Source: Zygnema circumcarinatum SAG 698-1b
Taxonomy: Eukaryota > Plantae > Zygnematophyceae
Assembly (NCBI GenBank): GCA_037447605.1
Contig: CM074820.1
Location: 1,984,001-2,048,000, forward strand
Length of the DNA: 64,000 nt
Direction: 5' to 3'
Below, in pieces: positions 1 through 13,125 of the stretch. How positions within the stretch are numbered: position 1 is the stretch's first letter; the number at the start of each line of letters is the position of its first letter. The notes beneath the pieces were generated by a model. It made no database searches, was not told where the DNA came from, and saw only the letters and a program-made list of their open reading frames with translations. The position numbers were made by a program, and so were the translations under genes.

Positions 1-15
1 CATTGGGGTTTACAG

Positions 16-1664
16 GCCTATTGGCTGGACTGTGGAGATTGCGACATTTCTGAGACAGTTCGCAGTGTGAACGCGACCACTAGCAAAGCGGATCTAGAAG
101 ACTACGCTTACAGACAAGGCCAGCTTCCGGTAAAGTCACATCTATTTCCTCACTCTTCTCCCTCTCTTATACCGTATGGCCTCCGTTTTCTCTAAGAAAC
201 GAATCGCTGCGTCTCGGAGGTTGCAAGAAAGAGAACATTTGGAGTATGCGCAGTCAATTTTGCTGATTTCTAGTGTTCCTCCATCCACACCCCCTCTCTC
301 TCTCCCTTTCTCTCTCTCTCTCTCTCGTTCTCTCTCTTTCTCTCTCTCCCCTCTCTTTCTCCCTTGCGCTCTCTCCTTTCCGGCTCGTCTTCTCTGCCCC
401 GTCTATGCTTCCCCAGAAGGAGATATTTGGAAACCATCCTGGAGCCCTCACACATGCGCCACTTATCATTCTCACAAATCGGAACTCCGCGAGTGCTAGT
501 GAGGTAAAAACTTCGGTGTTCCGCAATCTCTCAATTGCTCGATGAAGAAATCAAAGTATTTCTTAACATTGTAGGCTAAAAATGTATCAGAGTGTGATGA
601 TTGAGTCTCCTATCGGCAGTCATGAAGGCCTGGATGCATTATAAAGGTCTCAAAATTGTTTGTGGGACTAAAAGGAAAAATGGTATTACTGCTTGAACTT
701 CAATGAGATTTTAGTGTTTAACTTTTGAGTTAAAGTACTACGGGCATGCAGGTGCTGACAGGATCGTTAAAAGACAACCGCAGAACCGTTGTGATAGGGG
801 AGACGACGTTTGGAAAGGGAGTGGTGCAGGTATGGCAGCTTGAGAGAGATGGATGAAGAGAGAGACAGTCAGGGAGAAAACGAGAGAGGGAGAGGGAGAG
901 GCAGTCGTTGACTTCGAAAGAAAGCGGGCGAGAGCGTGAGAGCGACGGGGAGAGCGCTAGGTGGAAAGAGGGAGGAGAGAGGGAGAGCAGAAAGGGGAAT
1001 GAGGGAATGGGGGAGTGGTGGCAAATGGTGAAATTTCTTCAATTTTGACATTTGCTTCCCCTTGAATCCCTATTATAGCCAGACTCTTACTTTCTGATAC
1101 TTTTTTGCGAGCCAGTATTACTTCCCTATGGACGATGGCAGCGGTTTGAAGCTGACAGTGGCGAAGTACCTAACGCCCTCCCGTTATGATATCACAAAGC
1201 AGTAGGCCCTCCCGCCCTCCTCTCCTCACCCCCCTCCCGCTCTCCCTCTGCAACTTGAACATCAAAACACCATGAAGCCCTAATTAAAATGCATTCAACT
1301 CCAAAAACCTTAAAATCCCTTTTTCTGACCTCTTAACTCCCCTAAACCCGCCTGAAACCCTCCAAAGCTCTTACATTTGCATGCATGCCCTCGTGTCTCT
1401 AGTACGCTCTTATGTTTGTATGCATGCTCGTCTGTTTGTGTATGAAGGGGCGGAATTTCGCCTGATATTGAATGCGTGGATTATCCTCGAGCTAAGGGCA
1501 TGGACCGCTGCCTCCGCCAAGCCGTAGAGGTGATCTCACAAACTCAAGCAGCCGCAGAAGAGAGAGAGAGTGAGTCTCTGAGGGAGGGTGGTCCGTACGG
1601 CCGAATGCCGTACCGCTGGCTGCCTTCTGTGAGCCGCCGGTTGTGGGCGTCTGGGCCGGATTAG
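16..1664 (+). CDS. ctpA: C-terminal processing peptidase (S41/CtpA family), 3' exons; 5' part lies outside the window
   Basis: Manually spliced exons ~16-129, 417-503, ~751-829, ~1116-1201 and 1448-1664 give HAPLIILTNRNSASASE|VLTGSLKDNRRTVVIGETTFGKGVVQ|YYFPMDDGSGLKLTVAKYLTPS...GGISPDIEC. This includes the catalytic Ser (SASASE) and Lys (FGKG). AG/GT boundaries are phase-consistent. Confidence 0.9.
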
Positions 1665-1746
1665 GGCATCCGTAGGAATCCGTACTCCCGTCCGTACCAT
1701 CGTTACCATCATAACGGACGGGCATTCTATTTTCAAAGGGGGGAAA

Positions 1747-1915
1747 TGGCATTGAACTCACGATGGCAAGGCCATCAAATGTACATGAACAAAAGCAGCA
1801 TATGGAACCACGAGGAATTGGTCGCAAAGGACCTAAGCACAAAAGAAAGAAGCTAAGAGCGGAAAACTACGCCTCGGCGCGACAACGCAGCCCTCCGTAA
1901 AGGCCGCGAAGGTGC
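1747..1915 (+). repeat. Dispersed repeat family, copy A (core TGGCATTGAACTCACGATGGCnAGGCCATCAAATGTACATG...AACCACGAGGAA...CAAAGGACCTAAGCACAAAAG)
   Basis: Recognisable homologues by eye at ~2222-2372 (+), ~36870-37070 (+), ~41322-41425 (-), ~46855-47025 (-) and ~47635-47680 (-). TE class not assignable. Confidence 0.75.
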
Positions 1916-2836
1916 ACATCGCGAGGAGGGAGCAGCGGAAGTCCACCGATATTCTATCTTCAAGGTTTGATTGTAAGCCGTATCGGGCACGTCACTTTAG
2001 GTTATTGTGGTGTATACACCGTTAGGGTTTGATAGCTTGCAATAAAGTTTGGAGGTAAAGGATTGGAGAAGTTTAGTGTTTGAATGGTTCCATGGTATAT
2101 GTCGTTATTGCGATATGACGTCTGATGGAGAGTAGAAACTACCAGGATTTGTACATACAGATATGGCACTTAATCTTGACCACTAGGGTTTTCAGAGGCT
2201 TAGGGTGAAGAGGAAAATAGGATTGGTCTTACGATGGCGAGGCCATCAAATGTAAATGGATAAAGTCAACATGGGGAACCAAAGGAATCGGCCAAAAAGG
2301 ATCCAAGGTCAAAGAGGAAAGTATGTAAACGGAAATCTGCTTCTAAGCCCAACATCACGGCACTGGAAGCAGCCTTCTCAGGATTGTTACGGTTTTTAGG
2401 ATTTCTATGGGGATTGAAGTGCATAAAGAACTGAGTTTAGGCAGAAGCCCCCCATTGTGTAGGGGAGTGTATTTAAAGTATGTGTTGCGACATCATACTG
2501 CACCGCCGCCTATTGAGCTGCATTAGTTTGCGGCGCTAGGATAGTTGACTACCAAGATGAAAAAAAGAGAAAAAAGAGAAAAAAAAATGTGAAAAAATAG
2601 CCATGTATGGTTGGAATCGACTGCCCCAACCCGCCCGTGGTCCGTTGAGATGAGTTGCAATTGAGTTTTTCTTGTGTTTTGAAAGCCCTGTACAGTGAGC
2701 AAATTTCTTTTACTTGTCCTATATCCTTTTCCCCGTTCCTTGTTCTTCTCCTATGTTTTTGGAAACGCGATCATGCGTGAGGTGATAAACAATGTATCCT
2801 CGGCTAACAGAAAATTGATGTCAACCATTTATTTAT

Positions 2837-3854
2837 GGAAAATTCTATTCTCACACCTTTTTTGTCTACGCACAGACCTCTTTTCGCTGGGCAGGTTTTA
2901 AAATAGACAAAAAAGGAACACACCTTTCACACCTTTTTTTTTTCACCTTTTTTTTCACATCTTTTTGGAATCGATACACGCTACCAGTCCTGAGCGGCCG
3001 AGCGCCGTGAGACCTTTTTCTGTCGGGCAGATTTTACTCCTTATCATTTATTTTCAGAGAAAAAAATATCTGCCTGCCCGAATCCGTTCGCAGCGGAAGA
3101 TCCGTCCGCCACGAGATCGTTCGCGGGTGGCCGTCCTTCACACGTGCAATAATTTTCCGCCGTCGATATTCACGCAGATCGCACCATGGCAGATCACCGT
3201 TCGATCAGCAGCCGGGCTCTGTCCCACGTGTCCCACCCAAGCCGGCTCCAAGGACCGTACAAAAGGCGTACGCCCGCAGCTTCGAGGAAAGTCAAAAAAC
3301 GTAATAATTAAAGTTGAGTGCCTGTACCAATCACAGTTTGCCACGTCTAAAAAGAGCACGCGGCAGATGGTGATTTGATTCAAGCTCGCAATGTAAGGAA
3401 TTTAGACTTTCCTCGAAGCTGCGACCGTACGAATTGTGTACGGTCCTCGAGCCTGCTCGGGTGGGACACGTGGGCGTGTGCCATTCGCTGGAACCGAGCC
3501 CGGCTGCCGATCGAAAGGTGATCTGCCGTGGTGTGATCTGCTCTAGAATCGACGGTGTATAGTTTCTGCACGTGTGAAGGACGGCCACCCGCGAACGATC
3601 TCGTGGCGGACGGATCTTCTGCTCCGAGTGGATTCGGGCAGGCCGATATTTTTTTCTTTGAAAAAAACAAGAAAGGGTAAAATCTGCCCGATGGAGAAAG
3701 GTGTGTATCGATTTCAAAAAGGTGGGAAAAAAAAGGTGAAAAAAAAAAGGTGAGAAGGTGTGAAAGGTGTGTTCTTTTTTTGTGCTATTTTAAAATCTGC
3801 CTTGCGAAAAGAGGCCTGTGTGTAGACAAAAAAGGTGTGAGAATAGAATTTTCC
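2837..3854. mobile_element. Non-autonomous foldback DNA transposon with ~450-bp TIRs (Mutator-like by TIR length and G-start)
   Basis: Left arm GGAAAATTCTATTCTCACACC... (2837-~3295) is the reverse complement of the right arm ...GGTGTGAGAATAGAATTTTCC (~3403-3854). Spacer ~110 bp. Identical 8-bp flanks TTATTTAT (2829-2836 and 3855-3862) are the candidate TSD. No transposase. Confidence 0.85.
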
Positions 3855-3930
3855 TTATTTATTTGTTAGACGTACGTACTTTGCGCAAATCAAGAAGAAA
3901 CAAAATTGTCTAAAGGTAATTTTTTTTTGT

Positions 3931-4012
3931 TGACAGCTGTGGGATTTGAACCCACGCCCCTCACGAGACTGGAGCCTAAATCCAGCGCCTTAGACCACTC
4001 GGCCAAACTGTC
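3931..4012 (-). tRNA. trnL-UAG: tRNA-Leu (anticodon TAG)
   Basis: Minus strand reads GACAGTTTGGCCGAGTGGTCTAAGGCGCTGGATT-TAG-GCTCCAGTCTCGTGAGGGGCGTGGGTTCAAATCCCACAGCTGTCA. It has an acceptor stem, A and B boxes, anticodon stem CTGGA/TCCAG and a long variable arm. Confidence 0.97.
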
Positions 4013-4474
4013 TGGATTCTAGATAAAGAATTATTAATTTATTTAAATGCAAAAATGCACATTTAAATTCTTGCTTACCTCCAGACAAACGGCATGATTC
4101 GAGTCAACCGCACTTGGACTTTCAACGAACCAGACGTTGGGGTTTTATGGCTTTTAAAGATAGGGCCTTTAAAGTTTTAAAGGTGGGGGTTTAGTATATG
4201 TCTTGTGGGGGAGGGGGAAGGCGGGGGAGATGCTGGTTAAGATGCCCATTTCAGTTTTTTCACTGTTCGCTTCGAAACTGAAAAAACCAAAACGAAAACT
4301 TAGCCCTTCATGGAAGCAAATCAGTGAATTGAAGTCGCCATCAGCGGCTGCCCAAAAAAAAGAGTGACCCCAAAAACACAGCACAGCACAAGCATACGCA
4401 TTTGCGGCGTGACATGTCAAAACTAACTGGACCCATCTAACGGTAAACTGGGGCTACATGTTATCAAGAGCTAT

Positions 4475-6329
4475 TTAGTACCTTAAGCCTGGGCTGTTCC
4501 CTCCTCCTACAAGCCGAGAATATTTGTCCTTTCCTTCTCGACCTCCATAGGAAGAGGGAGACCCAACCGCAAGACTGGGGCTAGGGGCACTGATCAACGC
4601 ACTCCGTATCTGTTTAACGGAACCAACTGGCCCCGCTACATGCCCTCTCTCCGTTCTGTGCTCCATAACGGAGGCTGTTGGGCCCTTGCTGTAACTAGGC
4701 TGGATTTTAGGGTTCGCTGTGATGGAAGTTGATCGCGAAAAGGCTTGCGCCAGTTCAAGGGCAGAGGGGAGGGGGGTTTGGCGAGAGGATCCGGCCGGGT
4801 TGATCCTGGGCGTCTGATCAACCAAGGTGGAATTGGATCCACCACCAGTGGTGCGCCGCCACGTGTCCTCTTTGTCAGGGATGCGCTCCCTCCCTGTGGA
4901 GGGAGTTGATCTCTCCGCAACTTTTTCGGCATGTGAAGGAGAGGGGGCGGGTGGGGGATAGCTGCATGCCCAACGAGAGAAAGCGAGTTTGAGAAAAAAT
5001 CAGGAAACAGAAAAAGGAAAAAGGGCGAGAGGAAATTGTAGTTAAAGAAGACAATAACATGTTGGGGTTCTGAGGTTTGCTGAGCACTGATTTCAAAATG
5101 GATAGCTAGGGTTTCAGCAATTTGAAATAAGTACTGCTCCCTAACGACCACAGGATTGCTATTGACTTTAAGAAGGTTCTTGACTTTACGGGAAATCGGA
5201 GATTGTAGAGGAGTTTTAGGGCTTTAGATTCATGCATAACTTTTTCGAGGGTTCAGGAGTCCAAGAAGAAGGTTCAAACCTGGGAGGTGATCGAAGCTCG
5301 TCCGCTCGTTTGATGACGACTTCATCAACGCCCCGATCCTTCAGAATCTGAAGTAAATGAGAGAGAGAGAGGGTAAATGAGAGGGTAAATGTGTGTCAGA
5401 GAGAGAGAGAGCAGAGAGAGAGAGAGAGAGCAGAGAGAGAGAGAGAGCAGAGAGAGAGAGAGCAGAGAGAGAGAGCAGAGAGCGAGAGAGAGCAGAGAGA
5501 GAAAGTGGGCAGAGAGAGAGTGAGAGAAAGGGGTGAGTGTGTGTGAGAAGAGAGAGTTTTTTCTTTGGGAGGGGGGGGAGAAGGGGAAAGATCAAACCAT
5601 TCGAACACTGAAATACAATATCAAACCTAGGGACAAATGAGGTATTAGAAATAGAGGGCCCGGATGAAAAAGAAAACAGAAACGTGAAATCCGAAGCCTT
5701 CGATTATTTGTTCTGCTCCTTTATTTAGAGAGAAGGTCAAGAAAAAGAGAAAGAACTTCACCTCTTCACGAGGGCGGGCCCCGCCAAACACGGATGCACT
5801 GAAACCCCAAAACCCATTAAGTCAAAAAAATGAACTTTGGAACGATGGATACATTTCACAAATACGCCGCCAGGATGTAAGTTTTGAAGTGAGAGAGAGA
5901 GAGAGAGAGAGAATAGGGAGAGAGAGAGAGAAAGAGGGAGAGAGAGAGAGTACCGATTTCTTTGAGCATCATCGTCTGACTGCTTCTCTAAAGGCGTAGA
6001 TCGTGGTTTCAAGTTCAAGCGCGGCCTCTCTGCCAGTCTCTCTACCGCTATGTCCTCTCCCATCCCTCCTCCTTCAGAGGGAGAGTTTTCAATTACCAAA
6101 CCCTCCAACTGAGCACCCTTTTGTGTATTGTTTCGCTCCTCATTTGCCTGCATAAAACCCAAACATCAACTTGACAATCACTGTTTCAGTTCTTGGCTCC
6201 GTTCAACGGAACGTCGTCAAACACTGCTACATGTGTCCGGAATAATGAATTGCAAAAGTATGTTAAAGGCAATTTTCATTCGGAAAAATGATTCAAAGGA
6301 GCTCATATGGCAACCCTACGAGCAGAGAG

Positions 6330-6381
<52 letters not shown>

Positions 6382-7671
6382 AGAAAAAGAGAGAAGGAAG
6401 AAAAGGAAGAGGGAGAGAAAAGACTCACCAAATCACTTTTTGGGCCCCACATTTTATCAACGTTTCTGCGGTTTCTCAGTGCATCTGCTTCCCTCTCCCT
6501 CTCCCTCTCCCTCTCCCTCTCCATTTCCCTATTCCTTTCCCTTTCCCTCTCCATCTCCCACTCTCTCTCCCTCTCCCTTTCCCTTTCCCTCTCCCTCTCC
6601 CTCTCTCTTTCCCTCTCCCTCTCCCTCTCTCTCTCCCTCTCCCTTTCCCTTTCCATCTCCCTCTCCCTCTCTCTTTCCCTCTCCCTCTCCTCTCCCTCTC
6701 CCTCTCCCTCTCCATTTCCCTATTCCTTTCCCTTTCCCTCTCCATCTCCCACTCTCTCTCCCTCTCCCTTTCCCTTTCCATCTCCCTCTCCCTCTCTCTT
6801 TCCCTCTCCATCTCCCACTCTCTCTCCCTCTCCCTTTCCCTTTCCATCTCCCTCTCCCTCTCTCTTTCCCTCTCCCTCTCCCTTTCCCGCTCCCTCTCCC
6901 TCTCTTTCTCCCTCTCCCTCTCCCTCTCTCTCTCCCTCTCTCCTCCTTGGTCCACTCCCACCTCCACCGGTCGAATCAGTCGACTTCTCGGTGGCGATGC
7001 CTCCGTTCCATGCAGTCCCCGTCCCGTTATGTTCGACGGCCTCCACACGTGCGTCCCTGTTGGCTTCAACGGATCCCCCAACAGCATGGAACCCCCTCTC
7101 CCACTCTGCTGCTGAGTCAAAGTCGACTTTCGACTCGAGCCAAACTCCTCTTCAGTCATTTTTCCACTCGAATTCAAATTCAAATTCCCTGAAAGACCCC
7201 AAACTTCCGCAGAATTTTGCCCTCCATTTCTCGCTCGCGGATATTGATCTTCATAACTTAGCTCATGCTTATCGATATATCCCGATGTTCGAGGTATATC
7301 GAGATATGGCCTCTGCCGGGTCCTTTCATCATCGACATCGGCAGGTTTCCCCCTCTCATCCTCCTCATAATTTCGTCCTATGTTTTCAGAACTTGCAAAA
7401 TATCCGGTTTTGATAGCAGAGTCTGTCGGAATTCGACCTCCATTTCCGATTCCTTGTCTACTGAAATCGCTGCTGTTAATTCCCATTCCGTAATTTGCTC
7501 CTCTCGGGGCTCCGATTGGACCGGAACGGTAAGCAGCCCTGTCATATGCAGCGCTCCGTTCCACAGTTCTGCACAACAGAAACACAGAGACAAGGAACAA
7601 ATCTTCAGTACAAAACAAATCACAGAGTCGGATAAAAACGTAGACAAGGATACAATCTAAACCGAGAAATC

Positions 7672-7738
<67 letters not shown>

Positions 7739-7739
7739 C

Positions 7740-7770
<31 letters not shown>

Positions 7771-8146
7771 GGAGAAAGAGTGAGAGAGAGAGATTCCCTC
7801 TATCTAATCTCTCTCCTCTCCCTCTTTCTCTTCTCTATCTCTCCCCCTTCATTCACTTCTTCCTCCCCCCTTCCTTCTTCAGTACCCTCTCTCTCTCGTG
7901 CTTTTTGACTCTCCCTCCGTCTCTACCCTCTTACCACAGCAATCGAGAATATTTTGAAACTTTTTTTTCACTAACATAACCAACTATCTTAACGTAGTTC
8001 AAAATCAAAGGAGAGGTATATTTTTTCTCGAAGAAATTCACTTACACTCCCGGTGCTGATGGAAGCGGCAGTTCTGACGGAATTTGGCCTCCATGGAAAT
8101 CCTTGAGAGGGATGGCAGCCCGCGAAGAAACCTTCCTTTTCGACAT
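4475..8146 (-). CDS. Plant-conserved eIF4B-related low-complexity protein, multi-exon
   Basis: First exon from ATG 8146 reads [33 protein letters not shown]. Internal exons carry [11 protein letters not shown] and [12 protein letters not shown]|ILKDRGVD, which are plant eIF4B-type motifs. The last exon has [10 protein letters not shown]...YSRL and stops at TAA 4475-4477. Confidence 0.8.
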
Positions 8147-10011
8147 AATGGAAAAGAAAAGAATCTGCGAAGTGCAGAACACTGAAAGTAAGATGACTTT
8201 CACTTTTACGATAAAATTGACCGCTCAATTGACCACTCGTTTCTGCCAGTGGCTGCTGTCATGAGGAGTGGAAAGAGGCGGAGGGAGAGAGAGCGGGAGA
8301 CGGGAAGGGGGGGAGGGGGGAGAGTGCGGGAGGGAGAGGGAGAGGGAGAGGGGAAGGGGGGGAGTGGGGGANNNNNNNNNNGAGAGGGAGAGGGAGAGGG
8401 AGAGGGAGAGAGGGAGAGGGAGAGGGAGAAAGGGAGAGGGAGAGGGAGAAAGGGAGAGGGAGAGAATGAATTCAATCACTGGTCAAGAGGAAAACAATCC
8501 CACTCATGCTTCTGTCCATCAATTTTTCTGTCCATCCATCCATGCATCCCAACCAGCTGGCTTTGCATGCACCTCACTGCCCCCATCCACACATGCATAC
8601 ATGCATACATGCATGCATGCATGCATGTATGTATGCATGGGTCCCCTCCATCCTTCAAACCGCAAAGCCATCATCCCTCAATCCTTAGCCTATCTCAAAC
8701 CCAAATCCAGAATCAAAAATTTTCAAGCCCCAAAGAGCCCTCAGTCAGAAACCCAAAAACCCACCAGAGAAAACCAAAAGGTCTAGAAAACTATTATTTT
8801 TTCGTTTACAAACCCTACATATGTGCAGGAAAAAATCCTCAAATTGTTCACTCAATTGGTCAAAAGAGGGGAGTTAAGAAACCAAACCTGCAGAAATCCG
8901 AGGCGGCCAAAAACCCTTGGAAAGAAGCAAACAGCCTTCAACTTTTTTTTGTTTTCCTCCTTTTTTCACTGAAATGCAACGTTGTGGTGGTGGTAATTAT
9001 CCAATTCTGAAAACTGCAGAAATTCGATAAGCCCTAGCCTCTTAAACCCTAAAAAAAAGGGTTCAGGGCGCCACGTGGCAGCTCCGCAGCGCGTCCTCTC
9101 TACTTCCGGCAGCGCAGTCAGCCCTTGCCTTTTTACCGTTGCTGGTTTGGTACATCTTGTACAATTGTACGAACATATGCGTACGTTTTTAGTACATGTT
9201 TATACATGCTCGTACATATTAGCGTAGCTGTTCTACAAACAGTTCAGCAGCTCGCTGATGCTTCGTAGTTAAACAGCGATTAACAGTTCTATGAGTGAAC
9301 GAATTTTCGACATGTGACTCGTAACGTGACCCTTTGAGCGAGAAGGGCCTCCAACGACTCCATGAGTGTTCGCAGTTAAACGGGAAGGTGGGTTTCCATG
9401 GAGGGAGCGTAGCGTTGGCATGCAGCCAATCACTGCTCTCCACGTCAGAGGGAATGTACACGTGGCACCTTATAGTTGGCCCGTAACCCGTAACCTGTTG
9501 GCCCGTGGTTTTTAATGTATAGCCTCGATGTCAAAGCTTTAGCTTGTTCTTTTGTGTGTGCCTTCATCCCACCATAGTTTGTGGCGCAGCGACCTCTCTT
9601 CTCTCCCGTATACAAGTCACCAAAAGTCATTATTTACTAATTTTTTGGGAGCCCATAGCCATGAAAGGCTACCACCCTTTAAACCCCATTAACCCAAGAA
9701 ATGTGAGGTAAGTCCTCCTCATGAGGCTGGAAATTGTAACCTGTCCAGGCTCAAGGGAACAAATGAAGCTCCCTTCGCTTTCTGCCTGCGATGCTCTTTC
9801 ATCGGCACCAGTCCATACTGTGCAGCACATAGGGCAGAAGCTCACAGAAAGGCACATCTTTGGCTTTGATGTTCAGGTTCTGAAATTACATGTGCGCACG
9901 CCCTCTCTGATCTCTCTGTTGTTTATGACTCTCCAAACCGTCACGAACTATTAGAATCCCAAAAAAACCAACAACACCCAAAGGGGGCCCAGAAATGTTG
10001 CGACACAATAA

Positions 10012-10192
10012 GGGGGGTCAGGCTTAACACATGGGCAAATCAATTTAGTAAGCCTGTCGGGCGAATTAAGCATTGGCTAAGTACGCATTTCGGTAGCCGC
10101 TAATCCCCACTCGGAATTCGTGCACGAAACTCTGACTTTTAGTATACTAAATTAGGCAATTTAGTACGCTCTGGACTACGTCTGAACCCCCC
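10012..10192 (+). mobile_element. Tourist-like (PIF/Harbinger) MITE, copy 1
   Basis: Termini GGGGGGTCAG...CTGAACCCCCC, flanked by TAA on both sides. The interior is homologous to 57493-57693 (reverse orientation). Confidence 0.75.
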
Positions 10193-11605
10193 TAATGCAG
10201 CAAACCCAAAACCACAATATATATCAATACAATATATACCATATCCATCCGATTCTCACAGACATGAGAGCCTTAATCTTAAACCCGGCCACCCCCACAG
10301 CATGTGACTGCAACACCCCCTGGATACTCCCAACAGTCCAGTTACACAGCAAACTTCATTCGACACATAGAAACGGCCAACGTTACACGGGCAGGAATGC
10401 AAGCATGGAGTCTTTACCCTTCTACTTCAGATCCTCAAGTTGCATTACTTAAAGTACAGCATTTATACAAACGCGAAAACACATGCCACAATTGCTTCCT
10501 CCTCTCTCTCTCTCACTCTCTCTGCTCTCCCCCCTCTCTTTTGCCTCTCTCCCATAGGAGAACCCATAACCCCACTACAATCTCTTTCCCAGCTCTCCTA
10601 CTGCATTTCTTCACACTACCCACGACTCCGTACAGCGTCCAACAGCAACAGCGGGTCACATGTGAAAAAAACCAGAACATAAGACGTCAATCAAAAGGCG
10701 AGCGGGCTTTTCATTCCTTTTTTGTTTACTTTTGAAAAACTAAACCGCAATAGTCGATGACATCATCAACATAGTGCCGTGACATCAGCAGAACGGGCAG
10801 GTCCATCAAGGGAACGCTAACCTCTCCACAGACCAAAAGGGAGCTCAAACACCTGTTCCCAAAAAAAAGCCGTCCCACAGAATAAGAAGGAAATCCCAGT
10901 AGCGCATCACTCCCTCCCTTCCTCCCCCGTGCACCCTCTCTCCTTCCCACCCTCCTCTTTCCCTCCCTCCTTCCCTCCTTCCCTCCCCCTTCTCCCTTCC
11001 CCCCCCCCCTGCCTCCCTCGCCCGTCCCCTTTTCCGTCCCCTCCCTCTTCTACCCGTCCGCCCGCCCTCGCTTCTCCCGCCTACCCAGCCTCCCACCCAC
11101 TCCCTCCTTCCCTCCCTCCCTCCCTCTCCAGCTCGCCCGCCCACTCGCCCCTCCTCTCCCTCCCTCATCTTTACGTCCACCCTCCCCCTCGCTCGCCCAC
11201 CAGCCCTTCCCCTCCTCCTTCCGTCCCTCCATCCCTCCCTACCTCCCTCTTCCCCCTCCCCCCCTACTCCGCCTGTTCGTCGTCCCTCCCTCCTCCATGT
11301 CCCGCTTGCCAATCCTCTCCTTCTCACGCCCTCATCCCTTCCTCACCGGCAATTGCTTTCCACCCCCCTCCCCGCCATTCCTTTCTCCCTTCCCTCTACT
11401 TTACTCCCCACTTTTTGAATTTAACCCTCTTCAATCTCTTACCTCACTCCGTCCTCCCATTCTTTCTCTCACTCTCGTTTTCTACACACTCTCTCTTTCC
11501 CCTCTTACCTCTCCCTCCTTCCTCTCCTTCCCCCCCTCGCCATTCCTCCCACCCTCCCTCCCTCCAACTCCCTCCAATGCATATAGCTTTCGCTTGCTCA
11601 CCTCA

Positions 11606-13087
11606 TTAAGCATCCTCATGAATGCGAGAGTTCGTCTCATTCTGACTGTCCAAAGGCATGTACTGCGCCATGATGGCTCGGATCTCTGAGTCCATGTACG
11701 ACTGCATAGGGGAAAGGGAGCGAGAGAGAGAGAGAGAGAGGGAGAGAAAGTGTGAGAGAGGGAGAGGGGAGGACGGCAAGGAAGGGAGAACATCTGTATC
11801 ATACTAACGCGGATCTGTAAACTACCACTGGCGGAGGTACGAGAGAGAGGGGGAGGGGAGAGAGATACGGCGAAAAATCAGAGAAAGAGAGAGATATGGA
11901 AAGAACGAGAGGTTATGAACGAAGAGACGGAGCAATTTTTTTTTTTCTTTTGATTTAGCGTACCCGAATACGATATTTGTATACGACGTAAGCGCCGACT
12001 CCCACAACTCCGAGACATGCGATCACGACTAGTGTCACAACCCAACCAATGCTTGATGCTGAGGATGAAGCTCCCAGTTTGCCTGCATAGAACAGCACAC
12101 ATTATTACAAAGCATTAGAAAGAGAGCGCGAGAGGGAGAGAGGAAGAGGGGAGAGGGCAAAAAAAGGAGACTCCCACTCCCACTTGAAAGTCAGGGATTG
12201 GGGAGGGGGGGGAGAGAGAGTAAGAAAACAAAAGGAAAGAGACAAGGAGGGAGAAAGTGACGAAATCAAAGGTGGAAAAAGGAAAGGCAGGGATGGGAGG
12301 CAGAAAGAAAGGAGGAAATTTCCCGCCCCTCTATCCTAACTCCCAATTCCTATTAAAATCGCTCTCCGACTCCCACTCCAACTCCCCCTCCAAATCCCTC
12401 TCCAGCTCCCACTCCGACTCCCTCTCCGACTCCCTCTCCGATTCCCTCTCCGCCTCTCTCTATTTACTGAACTGAACTACTGAACTGCACTTACTGATGC
12501 ACGTGTCGTGTTCGCGTATGTAGACACTATCTCCCCCGCAGCTGCAGTCGAACCCTCCGAACGTGTTCTTGCATTTGCAGTTCGCGCACTTGCAGATGGG
12601 AGAGTTCGCAGCGCACTCGTCGATGTCGGCGCATGTGAAGCCATCGCCCGAGAACCCTGCAGGGCACTTGCAGCCCGTGCCGGGGAGCATGTCCTGCAAT
12701 AGGGGAGGGAGGGAGGGGAGGGAGGGGAGGGGAGGGAGGGGAGNNNNNNNNNNGGGGGGGGGGGGGAAGAGGAGGAGGAAGGGGAACGAACGGAGGGAGG
12801 GGATGCGAGACGGAGGTAAGGAGGGAGAGTACAGGGGAGGGAGGGAGGGAGAGGAAGGGTTGAGGAAGGATGGAGGAAAAAGGAAAGAGGAATGAGGGAT
12901 GACAGAAGTGAAGGAGAGGGAAAAGAAAAAGAAACAATAATAATTTTCAGTTCTCGCTTTTGGAAGAAAAAAAAATCTTCAGAACTAAATTGGAGCCATG
13001 AAAAGGTAGAATCTGAGCATTGAGGGGGGTGAGCAGATAGATCTCCACATCCTCATCCGTCTCTCCCGCTATCTCAAGATATCTCTT

Positions 13088-13125
<38 letters not shown>

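Noticed and set aside
6128-7413. Long ER/SL/SP-repeat ORFs here and throughout (e.g. 10845-11689, 19468-20286, 43018-43659, 50900-51508, 58552-59277)
   Set aside because: (GA)n/(CCCTCT)n intronic or intergenic microsatellites with no domain content.
8580-8640. (CATG/CATA)n run as an RY/B3-factor element
   Set aside because: Indistinguishable from a simple tetranucleotide microsatellite.
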